Source: Cetorhinus maximus
Lineage: Eukaryota
Direction of reading: 5' to 3'
DNA: 64,000 nucleotides
NCBI RefSeq assembly: GCF_964194155.1
Contig: NC_135883.1
Coordinates: 53,196,001 to 53,260,000 of the forward strand
How positions within the stretch are numbered: the stretch's first letter is position 1; each line of letters begins with the position of its first letter. The translations under genes were made by a program, and so were the position numbers. Positions 50,657 through 62,979 of this stretch are shown here, piece after piece. The notes under the pieces were generated by a model. That model ran no database searches and was not told the DNA's origin. It saw only the letters and a program-made list of their open reading frames with translations.

Positions 50657-53152
50657 AGCCACGATTTTCCACTTCAGTTTGTGGCAGGCGTCATAGCAGG
50701 CGAGAGCGGAAAATATCGGGGGAGCAAAGATCGGTTTCACAACATCGTAAAACCAGTTTGCAATCGTCCGCTCCGCCCATCAATGGCAGGCCGCAGTTCC
50801 CGCCACCACATGTCGGGAACCTAATTTCAATACTTTAGCATCTAATTGTAAGCCCTACTCACTGGCATCATCCCCTCTCTCAGGATCATGAGCTCTTTTA
50901 CAACGGTGCATAAGCGACATCCAGCTGGCGAACTGCACTTTGCTCGGGACTTCAAGGTCTGTTTGCCTACCTTGCTTCGGGCAGCAATCGCAGCCAACAG
51001 CACCAGGCTTCGCAGGCAGCACCACATCACTTTCAGGGGAGGGCTCACAGGCAGGTCTCCACCTACTAGACCAGTGGCTGCAAGGCTAGGGCTTACTTGG
51101 GGAAGGGGCTTTTCCCAGGGTGTGTGTGGAGGCACAAGTTCATCTGTGCAAGTGGGCTCAAGATGGTGAGGGCTGAGGGGGTAGTCTCCAGAGGAGATGA
51201 GGCCAGATGGATATGTGAGGGTGTGTATGAGAGAGTGAGTGGTGATGTCCCTTGAGCTGGCAGTGAGTGAGATGCCAGTGAATTTGTGATGGGTTTGAGA
51301 GTTTTTTTTTATTCTTTCACAGGATGTGTGAGACACTGGCTAGGCCAGCATTTATTGTCCATCCCTAATTGCCCTCAAGAAGGTAGTGTGCTGCCTTCTT
51401 GAACCACTGCAGTCTGTGTGGTGTAGGTACACCCAAAATGCTGTTCGGGAGGGAGTTCCAGGATTTTGATCCAGTGACAGTGAAGGAATGGTGATATAAT
51501 TCCAAGTCAGGATGGTGAGTGGCTTGGAGGGGAACTTCCAGGTGGTGGTGTTCCCATGTGTCTGCTGCCCTTGTTGTTCCAGAAGGTAGTGATCATGGGT
51601 TTGGAAGGTGCTGTCTAAGGAGGCTTGGTGAATTGCTGCAGTGCATTTTGTAGATAGTATACACTGCTGCTCATGTGCATTGGTAGTGGAGGGAGTGAAT
51701 GTTTGTAGATGGGGTGTCAATCAAGTGGGCTGCTTTGTCTTGGATGGTGTCAAGCTTCTTGAATGATGTTGGAGCTGGTGATATTGGATCTGCACTTGTC
51801 CAGGCAAGTGGAGAGTATTCCGTCACATGCAATCGGTTAGCGCGCGGTACTTATACTCCTGGCTTGTGCCTTGTAGACGGTAGACAGGTTTTGGGGAGTA
51901 AGGAGGTGAATTATTTGCCACAAGATTCCTAGCCTCTGGCCTGCTCTTATAGCCATAGTATTTATATGGTTAGTCCAGTTCAGTTTCTGGCCAATGGGAT
52001 TCAGCGATTGTAATGCCATTCAATGTCAAGGGGCGATGGTTAGATTCTTTCTTGTTGGAGATGGTCATTGCATGACACTTGTGTGGCACGAATGTTACAT
52101 GCCACTTGTCAGCCCAAGTCTGGATACTCTCGAGGTCTTGCTGCATTTGGATATGGACTGCTTCAGTATCTGAGGAATCACAAATGGTGAACATTATGCA
52201 ATCATTAGCAAACATCCACACTTCTGACGTTATGATGGAAGGAAGGTCATTGATGAAGCAGCTGAAGATGGTTGGGCCTAGGACACTACCCTGAGGAACT
52301 CCTGCAGTGATGTCCTGGAACTGAGATGATTGACCTCCAACAACCACAGCCATCTTCCTTTGTGCTGGGTATGACTCCAACCAGCGGAGAGATTTCCCCC
52401 TGATTCCCATTGACCCTAGTTTTGCTAGGGCTCCTTGATGCCACACTTGGTAAAATGCTGCCTTGATGTCAAGGGCAATCACTTCCATCTCACCTCTGGA
52501 GTTCAGCTCTTTTGTCCAAGTTTGAACCAAGGCTGCAATGGGATCAGGAGCCAAGTGGCGAAACCCAAACTGAGAGTCAGTGAGCAGCTACTGCTAAGCA
52601 AGTGCTGCTTGATAGAATTGTTGATGACCCCTTCCACAACTTCACTGAGAGCTTAGAGTGATGAGATGGTTGCCTTACCCTGGCAGCACGGATGAGATCA
52701 TTCATCCTTTTTCTGCACTGGATGGCCAACCTCTTTGGTGCAGTGTTGGCACTGACACCGCCTCCCAAGCTGGAGTGGTGAGATTTCTGGGTCTCCTGTG
52801 GCCACAGCAGTGTGGAGGGCATCATGATGGGCCTCCAAAAGGCATTCCAGGGACAGATCACTGAACTCTCCTTGGCTTCCTGGGCCATGTCTTCACCGGA
52901 GCAATCCTGGGCTGCAAGCATTGAGAACCGTGTGCACAGCTGCAGTTTAGATATGACACCCGTAGTGAGGAAATACTGAGGTAACAGTGTGCTGGGCGAT
53001 TCAGAGGCTGCCCGCCAGCGATTCGGTATGTATCCTGTGGCTGCATGATTAATGAGGTGGGAAGCAGATGATACACCCTTTCGGCTGGCGGGAAAAATAT
53101 CTTTCTTCACGCCTGCCACTGCATTTAGTGCAATTCAGAGAAAATTCCAGCC
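50657..53152 (-). mobile_element. Non-autonomous Harbinger related to 24959-28658, with Myb exon 1 only
   Basis: Ends agccacgattttcc and gaaaattccagcc. Subterminal sequence is homologous to 25030-25150 and 28540-28658. Exon 52888-52679 ends QCRKRMNDLIRAAR|gtaagg. Confidence 0.7.
51302..52640 (-). mobile_element. Second-family LINE 3' 1.3 kb, nested in Harbinger
   Basis: ALDIKAAFYQVWHQGALAKL...AGVPQGSVLGPTIFSCFINDLP..FANDC, with an A-rich tail. Confidence 0.85.
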
Positions 53153-53737
53153 TATGTCTGCTGTAAATGTGAGAGTGGGTTCTGGACCAGAGTCTTGAGC
53201 CATGTCATAAACTTTGTCATCCAGCAATCAGCCTTTGGCTTGCTACGTAGTGTCAAATACGGGTGTCACACAAGGTTGCAGCAGAATGAAGTAACCATGA
53301 CGACTGTCGTATTGAAGGTGTGCTGCCTGTGAACGCACACCCAGTGCACAGTGAGGACGACCCTTTCAGTTCATTAAAATGTTCCAGTTGACATGAGGAA
53401 CATGCAAGGTAGTGTGTGTGCAACCACATCCTGTACCATGGGGAAGCCTGCAATCTATGTAAACCTTTGAGCTTGCTCCACCTGTTTGTCTCTGGTGAAA
53501 AAGAGAATTAGATGAAACTTTCTGTGTATGGAGAGTCTCAGTGACCTCCTTTATGTAGCAGTGCGCTGCAAACTGTGAGGCGGTGCTTACATCTCAGCTG
53601 CAACCTGGAAGGAGCTGGGGGTTTAAACATTTAATGGCCACAGTCAGTTTGAAAGCCACAGGCAATGCAATCCTTATGCTGGTTTAAGGTTGCAAAGCAG
53701 ACAGCAGATTTCAGCCACAGATTCTTCAGTGAAGTAA

Positions 53738-53831
53738 AGATGAAGGGTCATACGGACTTGAAACGTCAACTGTATCCCTCTCCGCAGATGCTGTCAGACC
53801 TGCTGAGTTTTTCCAGGTGTTTTTGTTTTTG
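53738..53831 (+). mobile_element. Penelope-type short element with hammerhead-like motif
   Basis: gatga-a-GGGTC-atacg-GACTT-GAAAC-GTC-AACTG...gatgctgtcagacctgctgagtttttccag. Confidence 0.75.
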
Positions 53832-54954
53832 ATCAAAAGGTTGCAAGCACATCTGGATCATTATTTTCGAGCATTAATCTAAAATCCAGCTGCTACAGAG
53901 CCCAATTTCTCCCCCAGAATGTCCTACCAGAAACAGTGATGGAAGTAGGACCCCCAAATCTTTAAAGAAAAGTGGATAAATAATTGGAAAATAAAAAAGT
54001 TAATAGTTTATGGGAATATTAGGTCCAAGGTCACCTGTTCATTGCAAGCATGCTACACTTACCACATACCATGTCTCAAATTACTCATAGATTTGAACCC
54101 AAAATGTTATTTTTTTGATAGAAAGAAAGGAACAGGTGACTTTGGACCTGTGGTTCTCAAAGCTCTCCACTACTGGAGTTTTCCTTACCTCATATCTAGG
54201 TCTGTTTTAGACCAATTGATAAGTTCATTACAATGATTATTTAGCAACTTCATTATCTTTATATCATGTAGTACTGTACAGTAAGGTAGAAGGTGAGCTC
54301 GATTGACCTTGGTCTTTTCTTGTCTAGCAATTCCTATGTTCCAATGATCTGGTTTCAGTCACAACCTTTGAATAAAAATCTGACTGATGTTGAGTGAAAC
54401 ATTCAATTTTGTCCAATATTTGTTATTAAAAACACTGTGAAAGGCTAGAGGAATAAATTAGTACCAAAGCAAAGGTTCCTTAATATTACAATTTAACCTT
54501 GCCCGCAAAAGAATCCCCTCACTGCACCTAATGACATTTTCATTGTTCACTCTCAAGTCTCTGACCTTCTCAGAATAAGACTGCTGAACCAAAGCCATTT
54601 TATCCTGAATTCACGGCAGGCTTCTGATATGCAATGTCCACAGGGACCGAGGTTGAGACTGAATCAACCCCTCAGTAATACACGTAAAAAAAAGTGAAAA
54701 CACAAGGGAGTAGCAATAGTTTTTATGTCAACAAACCTGTTTCTATTTCTGCAAACTGAGCAGCAAAGGTACAAAGGAATGTTCATCAAGTGCCTTATAC
54801 CATAATGCTAGAAGTTAGATTTGAATAGTTCAGATGTCCCTGGAAATTGTTTCATTCCTATGAAATTATCACTTCAAGGTACATAGAAAATTAAGTCTAT
54901 GGTGCTCATGTTAATGTGCATTGAAGACTCAGAATAGATCGATGCAGCACAAAA

Positions 54955-56660
54955 TTAAGCATCCATGAGGAGCAGCAGAATTGTATTCAACCACAATCTG
55001 TAACCTCATTGCCCGACTCTACTATGAGCCCAATGCAAAAGACAAGGCTGAAGCACTTGCAACCACCTTCAGCCAGAAGTGCCAAGTGGATGCTCCAACT
55101 CGCCCTCCTCCTCGAGGTCCCCAACATCATAAATGCCAGTCTTCACAGAATTCAATTCACTCCAGCTGATATCAAGAAATGACTGAAGGTATTGAGTGCA
55201 GCAAAAACTATGGACCCTGGCAACATCACAGCTGAATAACTGAAGACTTATGCTCTACAACTGGCTGTGACTTACCCAAGCTATTCCAGTACAGCTACAA
55301 CACTGGCATCTAACTAGCAATATGGAAAAGCATCTCAAAAAACAGGACAAATCCAATCTGACCAATTACCGCCCCATCAGTCTACTTTCAAACATCTGCA
55401 AAGTGATGGAAGGTGTCATTGACAGTGCTATCTAATGGCACTTACTCAGCAATAACAAGCTCGCTGATGCTCAGTTTGGGTTCTGTCAGGGCCATTCAGC
55501 TCCAGATCTCATTACAGCCTTGGTCCGAACATGGACAAAAGAGCTGAATGAGGTAAGAAGGACTTCCCTTGACATCAAGACAGCATTTGATTGAACCCCA
55601 GTAAAATTTAATTCAATGGCAATTAGAGGGAAAGCTCTCCATTGGTTAGAGTAATAACCAGTACAAAGGAAGGTGGTTGTACACATTGGCGGTCATTCAT
55701 CTCAGTCCTGGGGCATTGCTGCAGGAGTTTCTCTGGCCCAACCATCTTCAGCTGCTTATTCAATGACTTTCCTTCCATTATAAAGTTAGAAGTTAAGATA
55801 TTTGTTGATGATTGCACAATGATCAGCACCATTTGCGACTCCTCAGATACCGAAGCAGTCCGTGTCCATATGCAGCAAGACCTGGACTACATTCAGGTTA
55901 GGGCCAGTAAGTGACAAGTAACATTTGAACCACTGAAGTGCCAAGCAATGACCATCTCCAACAAGAGAGAATCTAATCATTTCCCCTTGGCATTACCATC
56001 GCTGAATCCCCCCACTATCAACACCCTGGAGGCTACCGTTGACAAGAAACAGAACTGGACCAGCCATACTGTAGCTACAAGAGCAGGTCAGGGGCTCTGA
56101 ATCCTGCAGTGAATAACTCACCTCTGGACTCCCCAAAGCCTGTCCACCATCTACAAGGCACAAGTCAGGAGTGTGATGGAATACTCTCCATTTGACTGGA
56201 TGAGTACAGCTCAAGCAACAATCATGAAGCTCAACACCATCCAGGACAAAGCAGTCTCCTTAATCAGCACCTCATCCACCACATTTATTCCTTTCACCAC
56301 CAGTGCACAATGGCAGCAGCGTGCACCATCTACAAGCTGCACTGCAGCAACTTGCCAAGCTTCCTTCGACACCTTTCAAACCCGTGACCTCTACCACCTA
56401 GAAGGACAAGGGCAGAATGGGAAAACCAGCACCTGCAAGTTCCCCTCCAAGCCACACAACTCTATCGTCGTTCCTTCTGTGTCACTGGGTCAAAATCCTG
56501 GAACTCCTTCCTTAACAGCACTGTGGTGTACTGACGCCACACAGGTTGCTGTGGTTCAAGAAGGTGGCTCACCGCTACCTTCTCAGAGGTAATCAAGGAT
56601 GGGCAACAAACGCTGACCTTGCCAGCAACTCTCACATCCCAAGAACAAATAATAAAAAAA
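54955..56660 (+). mobile_element. Second-family LINE fragment, decayed
   Basis: NAKDKAEALATTFSQKCQVD, NYRPISL, GPTIFSCLFND..IFVDDCT and MEYSPFDW, plus the 3' tail. Confidence 0.85.
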
Positions 56661-59600
56661 GAGGGCCAGCAGGTCCTATTAACAGTAGAGCTGCAAGTGG
56701 TTATATCAGCACATAATGAATGCTACCAGGAAAGAAAAGCAACTTTGTAAACAGTGTGCTTCTATGCAGGTGGTAACTTTGTCATCATCACAATACGACG
56801 GGCTGAATGTCCTTTTTCTACACCATAACTTTTCTATGGTTCTATTGTGTCAGAAATACAAGGCAGCGGGAATGTGCCAGAGCAAATCATCCTCCGACAA
56901 CCATGAGTCTGTCTCCTGATTTATGTAGACTGGTGCCTATTTTTAAAAATTAAACCTGCAATGTGGTAGCACAGGATAGAGCATCCTTTTAACCAGATGG
57001 TAGACTTTGAAAATCAAACAATCAAATCTAGCTGACAATACATAAAACCAGACACTAAACTCTAGGTTACAGGTTCATTTCAACCAACATGGCTAGCCAT
57101 ATGGAATGCAATCATTTAGATGGTGCATAGCTGCTTTAAATCTTCAGGCCAGAATGAAAATATGGCACATTCAGGTGGTAAGCAAGCAATTCTTGTTACT
57201 TGCATGCTGATTTTCTCTTCTAAGATTCGCTATTTCCTCCAGCAGTGACACAGATTGTTTCATGGTGCATCATTAGGGAAGTCATATCTTGAATACTGGA
57301 CCCAATTATTGGTACATTACAATCAAGAGGAAATTGCTGCATTTGAAAAGGAATCAGGTAAGAGTGAACAGTTGATTCAGGAACTTCAGATCTTTAAACT
57401 ATGTAGAAAAGGTTACAGAGGAGAGAATTGGTCCAGCTCTTCAAATGGCATTGAGGCACTGATGATATAGCAATTTGTGAGCTTGCTGATTTACTATGTC
57501 AGTACATAACCAGAGGATATGCCTTTAAAATGAACAAACTCAGCTGAGAAAAGCAACTCTAGCCTACACCTCTCCACCGTGTCCCTGTGCAAAGCAATGG
57601 ATATGTAGAACAAGTTTCAAAAAAACACTTTAAGCTGTATCAATTAACTCATGTAATGACAGCAGGAGCTTGCACTTTTTAGTTCTTTCCTTGGGAACAA
57701 CATCTCAAAGTGTTTTACTAGAAGATAAAGACAAGAACGCAGCAATGGTGAGCAGGAAAGATAGACTATGATTGCCGTCAATGTACTTTCGAAAGGATTT
57801 TTAAGACGAGAGTGAAACAAAACAATTTTGGGGGAAAAATTTATAGAGCAGGGCATAGCGGGAGTGAAATCTGTCTCGGCTGGTAGTGCATCGGCGGCCC
57901 ATTTTAGATTGTGTCCAACTTTCTTTAGCGCAATGGAAACGAAAATCAGGAGATGTGAAAACTGGACTACCAACGTCTTGTTCTACTGCCCAAGCCAGGT
58001 TTCCCTGCCAATGACTGAAGCAGAAGTTGCAAACGTGGAGTGCAGGAAGTGAAAAACAAGCAATCATCCAGGTTACAGAAGCTGAGTGAGAGAGCTGGGC
58101 TATGCAGCTCGAAGAGATAATTTTATGAGGCTCATTGCACCATTGGCCTTTCCAAGGGTCTCAACAGGAGAATCTTATTGAAGCCATGTAAGTGCAAATG
58201 GAAAAAACTGTCCATGGGAGCTGGGAATTTTCAGAGAGCCGTTTAATGTAGGGGGTCAGATAGAACAACCACCCCTGCACCCCCACTGACACCCCCCACC
58301 TCGGCCCCCATTCCTTTACTGGAAAATGGCAGAACCTAAGGAAAGAGGCAGAATCCTTGAGAAACCAAGATCCACCCCATTTTCCGCACTGAAAACAGAA
58401 ATTGCTGGGTTTTCATCTTAGGCCAGACCATAATTTTGTGTTCAATATTTTTCAAGTCCATGTGTTGGAGCATCGGAAAAGATTAACTCACATTTGGAGA
58501 CAAAAGAAGTCCATCTGCTCCTTGCATTTTATATGAATAAGAATATCACCCTGAGAATGGGATTGGAGTTTATAGAGAATATGCCATCTGCCCCACTACT
58601 ACCTGTTCTGCTGAAATGAAGTGTGGGGAAGAGACTATTGCCTCAGGAGGCAGAGGAGACCAAGGCTGAATGGGTAAGGGTAGGTGAATATTTTCTAGTT
58701 TCTCTTAATAACCTTTGGGAACCAAGTGGCAGAACTTTCCCTCATAAGATTAAATGGAAGAAGTAGAAACCATGATGGTGTAGATTTTACTTGGTCTGTG
58801 AAATGAGCATTGTCAAGATACAAATAGGCCTTTTTCCGTTAAATGTTTGCTTATGGTCCTTTTAGTCCTGTGAGCAACTCTGCAGGTTAACACTGCAGAC
58901 AGAGCAATGTCTCATATTAGTTCCTTCGGCAGAATATTCTTTATTTTCGGATACAAGAGATTACAGACAAAGTAAACAGTTGATTTACTGCTGGATGCAA
59001 TTCCCAATCACAGCTGTAAATGCTTGATGTAACACTTAAATATTCAGCTTATAACAGCCAGCTATTTTAATGAGAGAATATTAATTCTAATAACGGAAAG
59101 AAGTGCAGGTCAGATGGGAAAATATCAAAACAAAGATTAAAACTCCCAAGTGCTGACCTGAATAGGATTCAGCTGTATTTTTATATGGAAGGTGAAGTGA
59201 GACAAGCAATTTGACCAATGAATAAAGCGTCAGCTGGTCATATCAGTAAGAGTTATTTAATCGGACTGAACAATTTCTTAGTGGCATGCCAACTGGTGGT
59301 GAGAGAATATTGGTAATGTAAACTTCAAATGGTTCGCAGAAACCACTTTCCTACTTCTGTTGACATTTTCTGAGAAAAGTTGTACCGGTTCATAAGGGAT
59401 TGAAATAGAATTCAACAGGTAAATAATTAAACAATTCCACGGGATCTGGGCTGGGTCAGGATATGGATGGTAATAGGTCTATGTTTAAAATAGGAATGAT
59501 TTAGAAGTGTGAATCTGCTGAACCTGGAAAATGATGGTCTATACATCAGAGAAGGTTCCAGTGTCTGGGGGTATTGGACCACCTGGATCCAGAGCATACA

Positions 59601-59770
59601 GGAAAATCAGAGCACATAACTGTAACAGATCCCATCCTGTCCAATTCTCCATTCTTTTAAGGAAGATTGGGCAGGCTTCTAACTGCCCAATTTTCCTGTG
59701 TTCACTGCTCTTTGATGATCCAGACAGAGAAACTTCACAATTTTCCCCAATAATTTGCATAGCAAATTAC

Positions 59771-59941
59771 CTGGCCGAGTGTGTCTTGGTGCTGTGAATG
59801 AAGAGATGATGGACTGGACTGTCCTCTCAGTGCTGGTGTTTGTGTGTTGAGTTTCCATTGCCTGTGTGACTGTGCTGTTGAACCATTTACCTCTTGATGC
59901 CATGAAACGTTGAACCTTGAGTACATTAAGCTAATTATAAC
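59771..59941 (-). CDS. Candidate alternative (cassette) exon of SNTG2, 171 nt / 57 aa
   Basis: Pyrimidine tract ctctcgctcctgctttag|GTT..., donor CAG|gtaatt. Length is a multiple of 3 and the SNTG2 frame is open (VIISLMYSRFNVSWHQEVNG...SLHSQHQDTLGQ). It lies ~1 kb downstream of the canonical exon in sequence I cannot assign to a repeat. Confidence 0.5.
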
Positions 59942-60328
59942 CTAAAGCAGGAGCGAGAGCCCTGGTAGGGTCATGATGTGGTGGCCTTCTAGTGGGAAAT
60001 AGGACCATTATTAAAGGGTTTTTCAGCTTGAGCTCAGCCACTGCAACACATGATTTTCTGCAACCTTCCCATAGCCACCTGTGTTGCCTCTGAGTATCTT
60101 TCCCAAGAATAAAAGTCTATAAGCAAAGACTTTACATTCAAATCTGCACAGAGAAAATTGAAGGAAAAAGGGAAGGAAAGGAAGAATGGCTTGTATTTAT
60201 ATAGCACCTTTCATGGCCACATTACAGACGATTAAATACCTTTGAAGTTCAGCCACTGTTATAACGTAGGGAACATAGCAGTTTCTAGACCTGCAATGTG
60301 AAAATGACCAGGTCATCAGTTTTTAAGT

Positions 60329-60432
60329 TTTCAGTTCTGTTGAAGGGTCATGAGGACTCAAAACATGAACTGTGCTCTCCTCCACCGATGCTGCCAGACC
60401 TGCTGAGTTTTTCCAGGTATTTCTGTTTCTGT
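60329..60432 (+). mobile_element. Penelope-type short element with hammerhead-like motif, 14-bp TSD
   Basis: CAGTT-CTGTTGA-A-GGGTC-atgag-GACTC-AAAAC-ATG-AACTG. TSD atcagtttttaagt at 60315-60328 and 60433-60446. Confidence 0.85.
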
Positions 60433-60546
60433 ATCAGTTTTTAAGTGTTGGTTGAGAAATTAACATTGGCCATGAAAACAGGTAGGCCTCCCCTGCTCTT
60501 CTTTGAAATAGTGCCATGGGATTTTTTTACGTCCACCTGTGGGGGC

Positions 60547-60818
60547 TGTTGTAAGGTGATGGACATAGTTCGGTCTTATTAAGGTATTTGTAGTCTTAGG
60601 TAGTTCAACATAAGTATTTATTAACTACTAGAAACTACATACTTAGGTACAGTAAAGGTCCAAGCTAGAAGATGCCTCCATGCTTGCTTCTACACACAGC
60701 TCTGTCCAACACTACACTGAAGCCTAGGTGCGGGTCATGTGTACCCTTACATCACTGTGTGGACGGTACTATACTAAGTCCCATGTTAACTCTTTATGCG
60801 CCAGACCCTTACACTACA
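60547..60818 (-). mobile_element. Solo LTR of the 20558-23232 family, 5-bp TSD GGGGC
   Basis: TGT...ACA ends, reverse-complement homology to 22956-23232, and GGGGC at 60542-60546 and 60819-60823. Confidence 0.88.
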
Positions 60819-60961
60819 GGGGCCTTAGTTTACCATCTCATCCAAAAGCTTGTTTCTCTAGTATACATTCAAACAACAGGGTAAAAACACTGATAGATAA
60901 TTTAAAATGAATACGTCACTGTGCATTGATAGTCTCTTACTGATTTAACAAAATAGCTTAC

Positions 60962-61053
60962 AGTATTTGTAGAGTTCCCATTTAAATGTAAACCGCTATC
61001 AAACAGAGGAGAGGATGTCCCGCTGCTGTGGTCACTGGATGGCCCTGGTGAAC
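60962..61053 (-). CDS. SNTG2: Gamma-2-syntrophin coding exon (linker after the PDZ domain), 92 nt
   Basis: Minus strand reads ttttgtag|GT TCA CCA GGG...AAT ACT|gtaagc, giving (G)SPGPSSDHSSGTSSPLFDSGLHLNGNSTNT. This closely matches the human SNTG2 segment as I recall it (GSPGPSSDHSSGASSPLFDSGLHLNGNSSTT). Canonical AG/GT, ends in phase 0. Confidence 0.93.
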
Positions 61054-61467
61054 CTACAAAATGTAAGAAACAATACAATATGTTTAGTATTGAGGAGCTG
61101 TCAAATGAGCAGGAAGAATTTAGGATTTGTTATAACCTTATCCATCAGGATGGTCACAAGTTAGTGAAGAATATGATGCCAAAACAATTTATAATTTTAT
61201 GTGAAAGAACCTTTTCCCCCTTAGCATTTTAAAAGGCAAACACATTCCCAAAAAAGCCATTACAACTGTTAGACAAATATAAAAAGTCATGTATATTTGT
61301 GTAATGTATAAACAAATACAAATAAAAAGTCATACGCTATTTAGTTAATGTGTCTCATCCTCTTTTCATTTCACTTTCCCAACAATTCATTTTGTTTTCT
61401 TTCGGACATCACACTTCTGCACAAGTGAACAAACTTCACAGACATGTGCAGATAGGTCTGTGACAAG

Positions 61468-62219
61468 GGGCTGAATTTACAATGGTGGGGGGGAGGCTTA
61501 ATGTTCGCCCCCCAACCCCAACTAAAGAGTCGGTTTAAAAAGCCTGTTCTGTACTCTGCGGTCGGCAACATCAAGGAAAGTGTGGGACTTCCGCCCATCA
61601 ATGGGAGGAAGAGTCGCCCTAGGGAGCTGCTGGCCAATCAGATTGGCCAGCAGCTCTTGTAGTCCCCGCAGCCCCAGAGTTCAGCAGTGGACAGTGCTGG
61701 GACTGCAAGCTGGCCCAGGATGAAAGCCCCAGTGGGGGTTCTGGACTAGGGTAAGAATGGGATATTGGTCTGGGAGGGATCGGGTACCTTAGGGAGAGGT
61801 GGCAGAGGAGTGGGGCTGTGGGATTGCAGTGTAGGTGAGGAGGAAAGAAGGGGGTATACTATCTTCTAGGGGTGCCCCCAATGTGCAAAGGGCACCCCTC
61901 GCCCTCCAACGATAGTACTCCCTTCCCTACCCACGCACCCTTTTAAAAACTTTTTTTGAAAGAACAGGCTGCCCACTCCCACCTGGCTGCTTACACCCAC
62001 TGTGTTATATCATTGGCAGCATAATATTGGTGTCAACTGGCTTCTAAATAAGCTCAATTGACTCTTAGTTATTTATTTGCATAGGTCTGAGAGGCTGCTG
62101 ATTTTGGTGCTTGCCCCTGCTCAGGGGTGGGCAGGAAGGTGGTGGGCTAACTATTCCTTCTATTTAACGTGATCTGCCTGCTGAACACACCCCCGGAGGG
62201 GAGCTGTAAAATCCAGCCT
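61468..62219. mobile_element. Harbinger-type MITE (older family), TSD AAG
   Basis: TIRs GGGCTGAATTTAC and GTAAAATCCAGCCT. AAG at 61465-61467 and 62220-62222. Confidence 0.65.
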
Positions 62220-62979
62220 AAGGAAAATGTTTCAGCTCATTACTAATATGCGACTGGATAATGATATTTTAATTTTTATGACATGAACATAATATATGTA
62301 AAATATAAGAAATGTATATTTGAGGATTACACTGGCATCTCATCAAAATCAAAAGTAAAATCATTTTCAGCTTAATTAGCTCATTTTCTGTATTCACTAA
62401 ATTCTATTCAAAATACTCATTGCAAGACTTAATAGCAAATTATTCTGATGTTTTTGTGCGCTTTCAACACTTGGAAAAAATATTTAAAATCTCTTCAATC
62501 GATAGTTGGTGCTTGTGACTTCCTTGACAGGGAAAAGGCAACCCTTTGATCCGTATAATCAATAATAACATACACCCAATGTGAAAGAGAATAAAGCCCT
62601 TCTCCAGTCACTGCCAATTGCCAATTTATCAGCTAGCAAAATGACAAGTGAGTTCTAAAAACATCTGGGGTGCACTGCAATATATGTTTTGCTGCTATTC
62701 TGCAGAATGGAGTTTCCCTGGAACAAAAATTGGACATCATGCACTGTAATGTCATGGAAAAATGTCATTTAATCCCTTTTCTGACTCTGCTCATTTCTAA
62801 AACCTAGCTCATTTCTACCTGGAACCATGGAAGTTCACACCACATATGGTCATTTGGCTTACCATGTCTTTGCTATGGCAATCCAAAACTGTTTTGTCCT
62901 CTGTTCGTCACTTGCACTTCTCATTATCAAGGCTATGTGAATCTTTTGTAACATTTTCTCATGTAGATGTTGAGAGATC

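Larger units (their letters stand above)
47926..53915. mobile_element. Old full-length two-gene Harbinger hosting nested insertions
   Basis: 14-bp TIR GGGGGAGAAATTGG (47926-47939) / CCAATTTCTCCCCC (53902-53915). Myb gene on + (ATG 48227, donor after 48445, acceptors 48721 and 49020). Transposase remnants on - at ~50380-50650 and ~53155-53700. Confidence 0.7.
60188..60860 (-). mobile_element. Deu-domain-type SINE split by a Penelope-type element and a solo LTR
   Basis: Tail cttgtatttatatagcacctttca and Deu-like cctgctcttctttgaaatagtgccatgggattttttacgtccacctg...ggccttagtttaccatctcatccaaaag. Confidence 0.65.
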
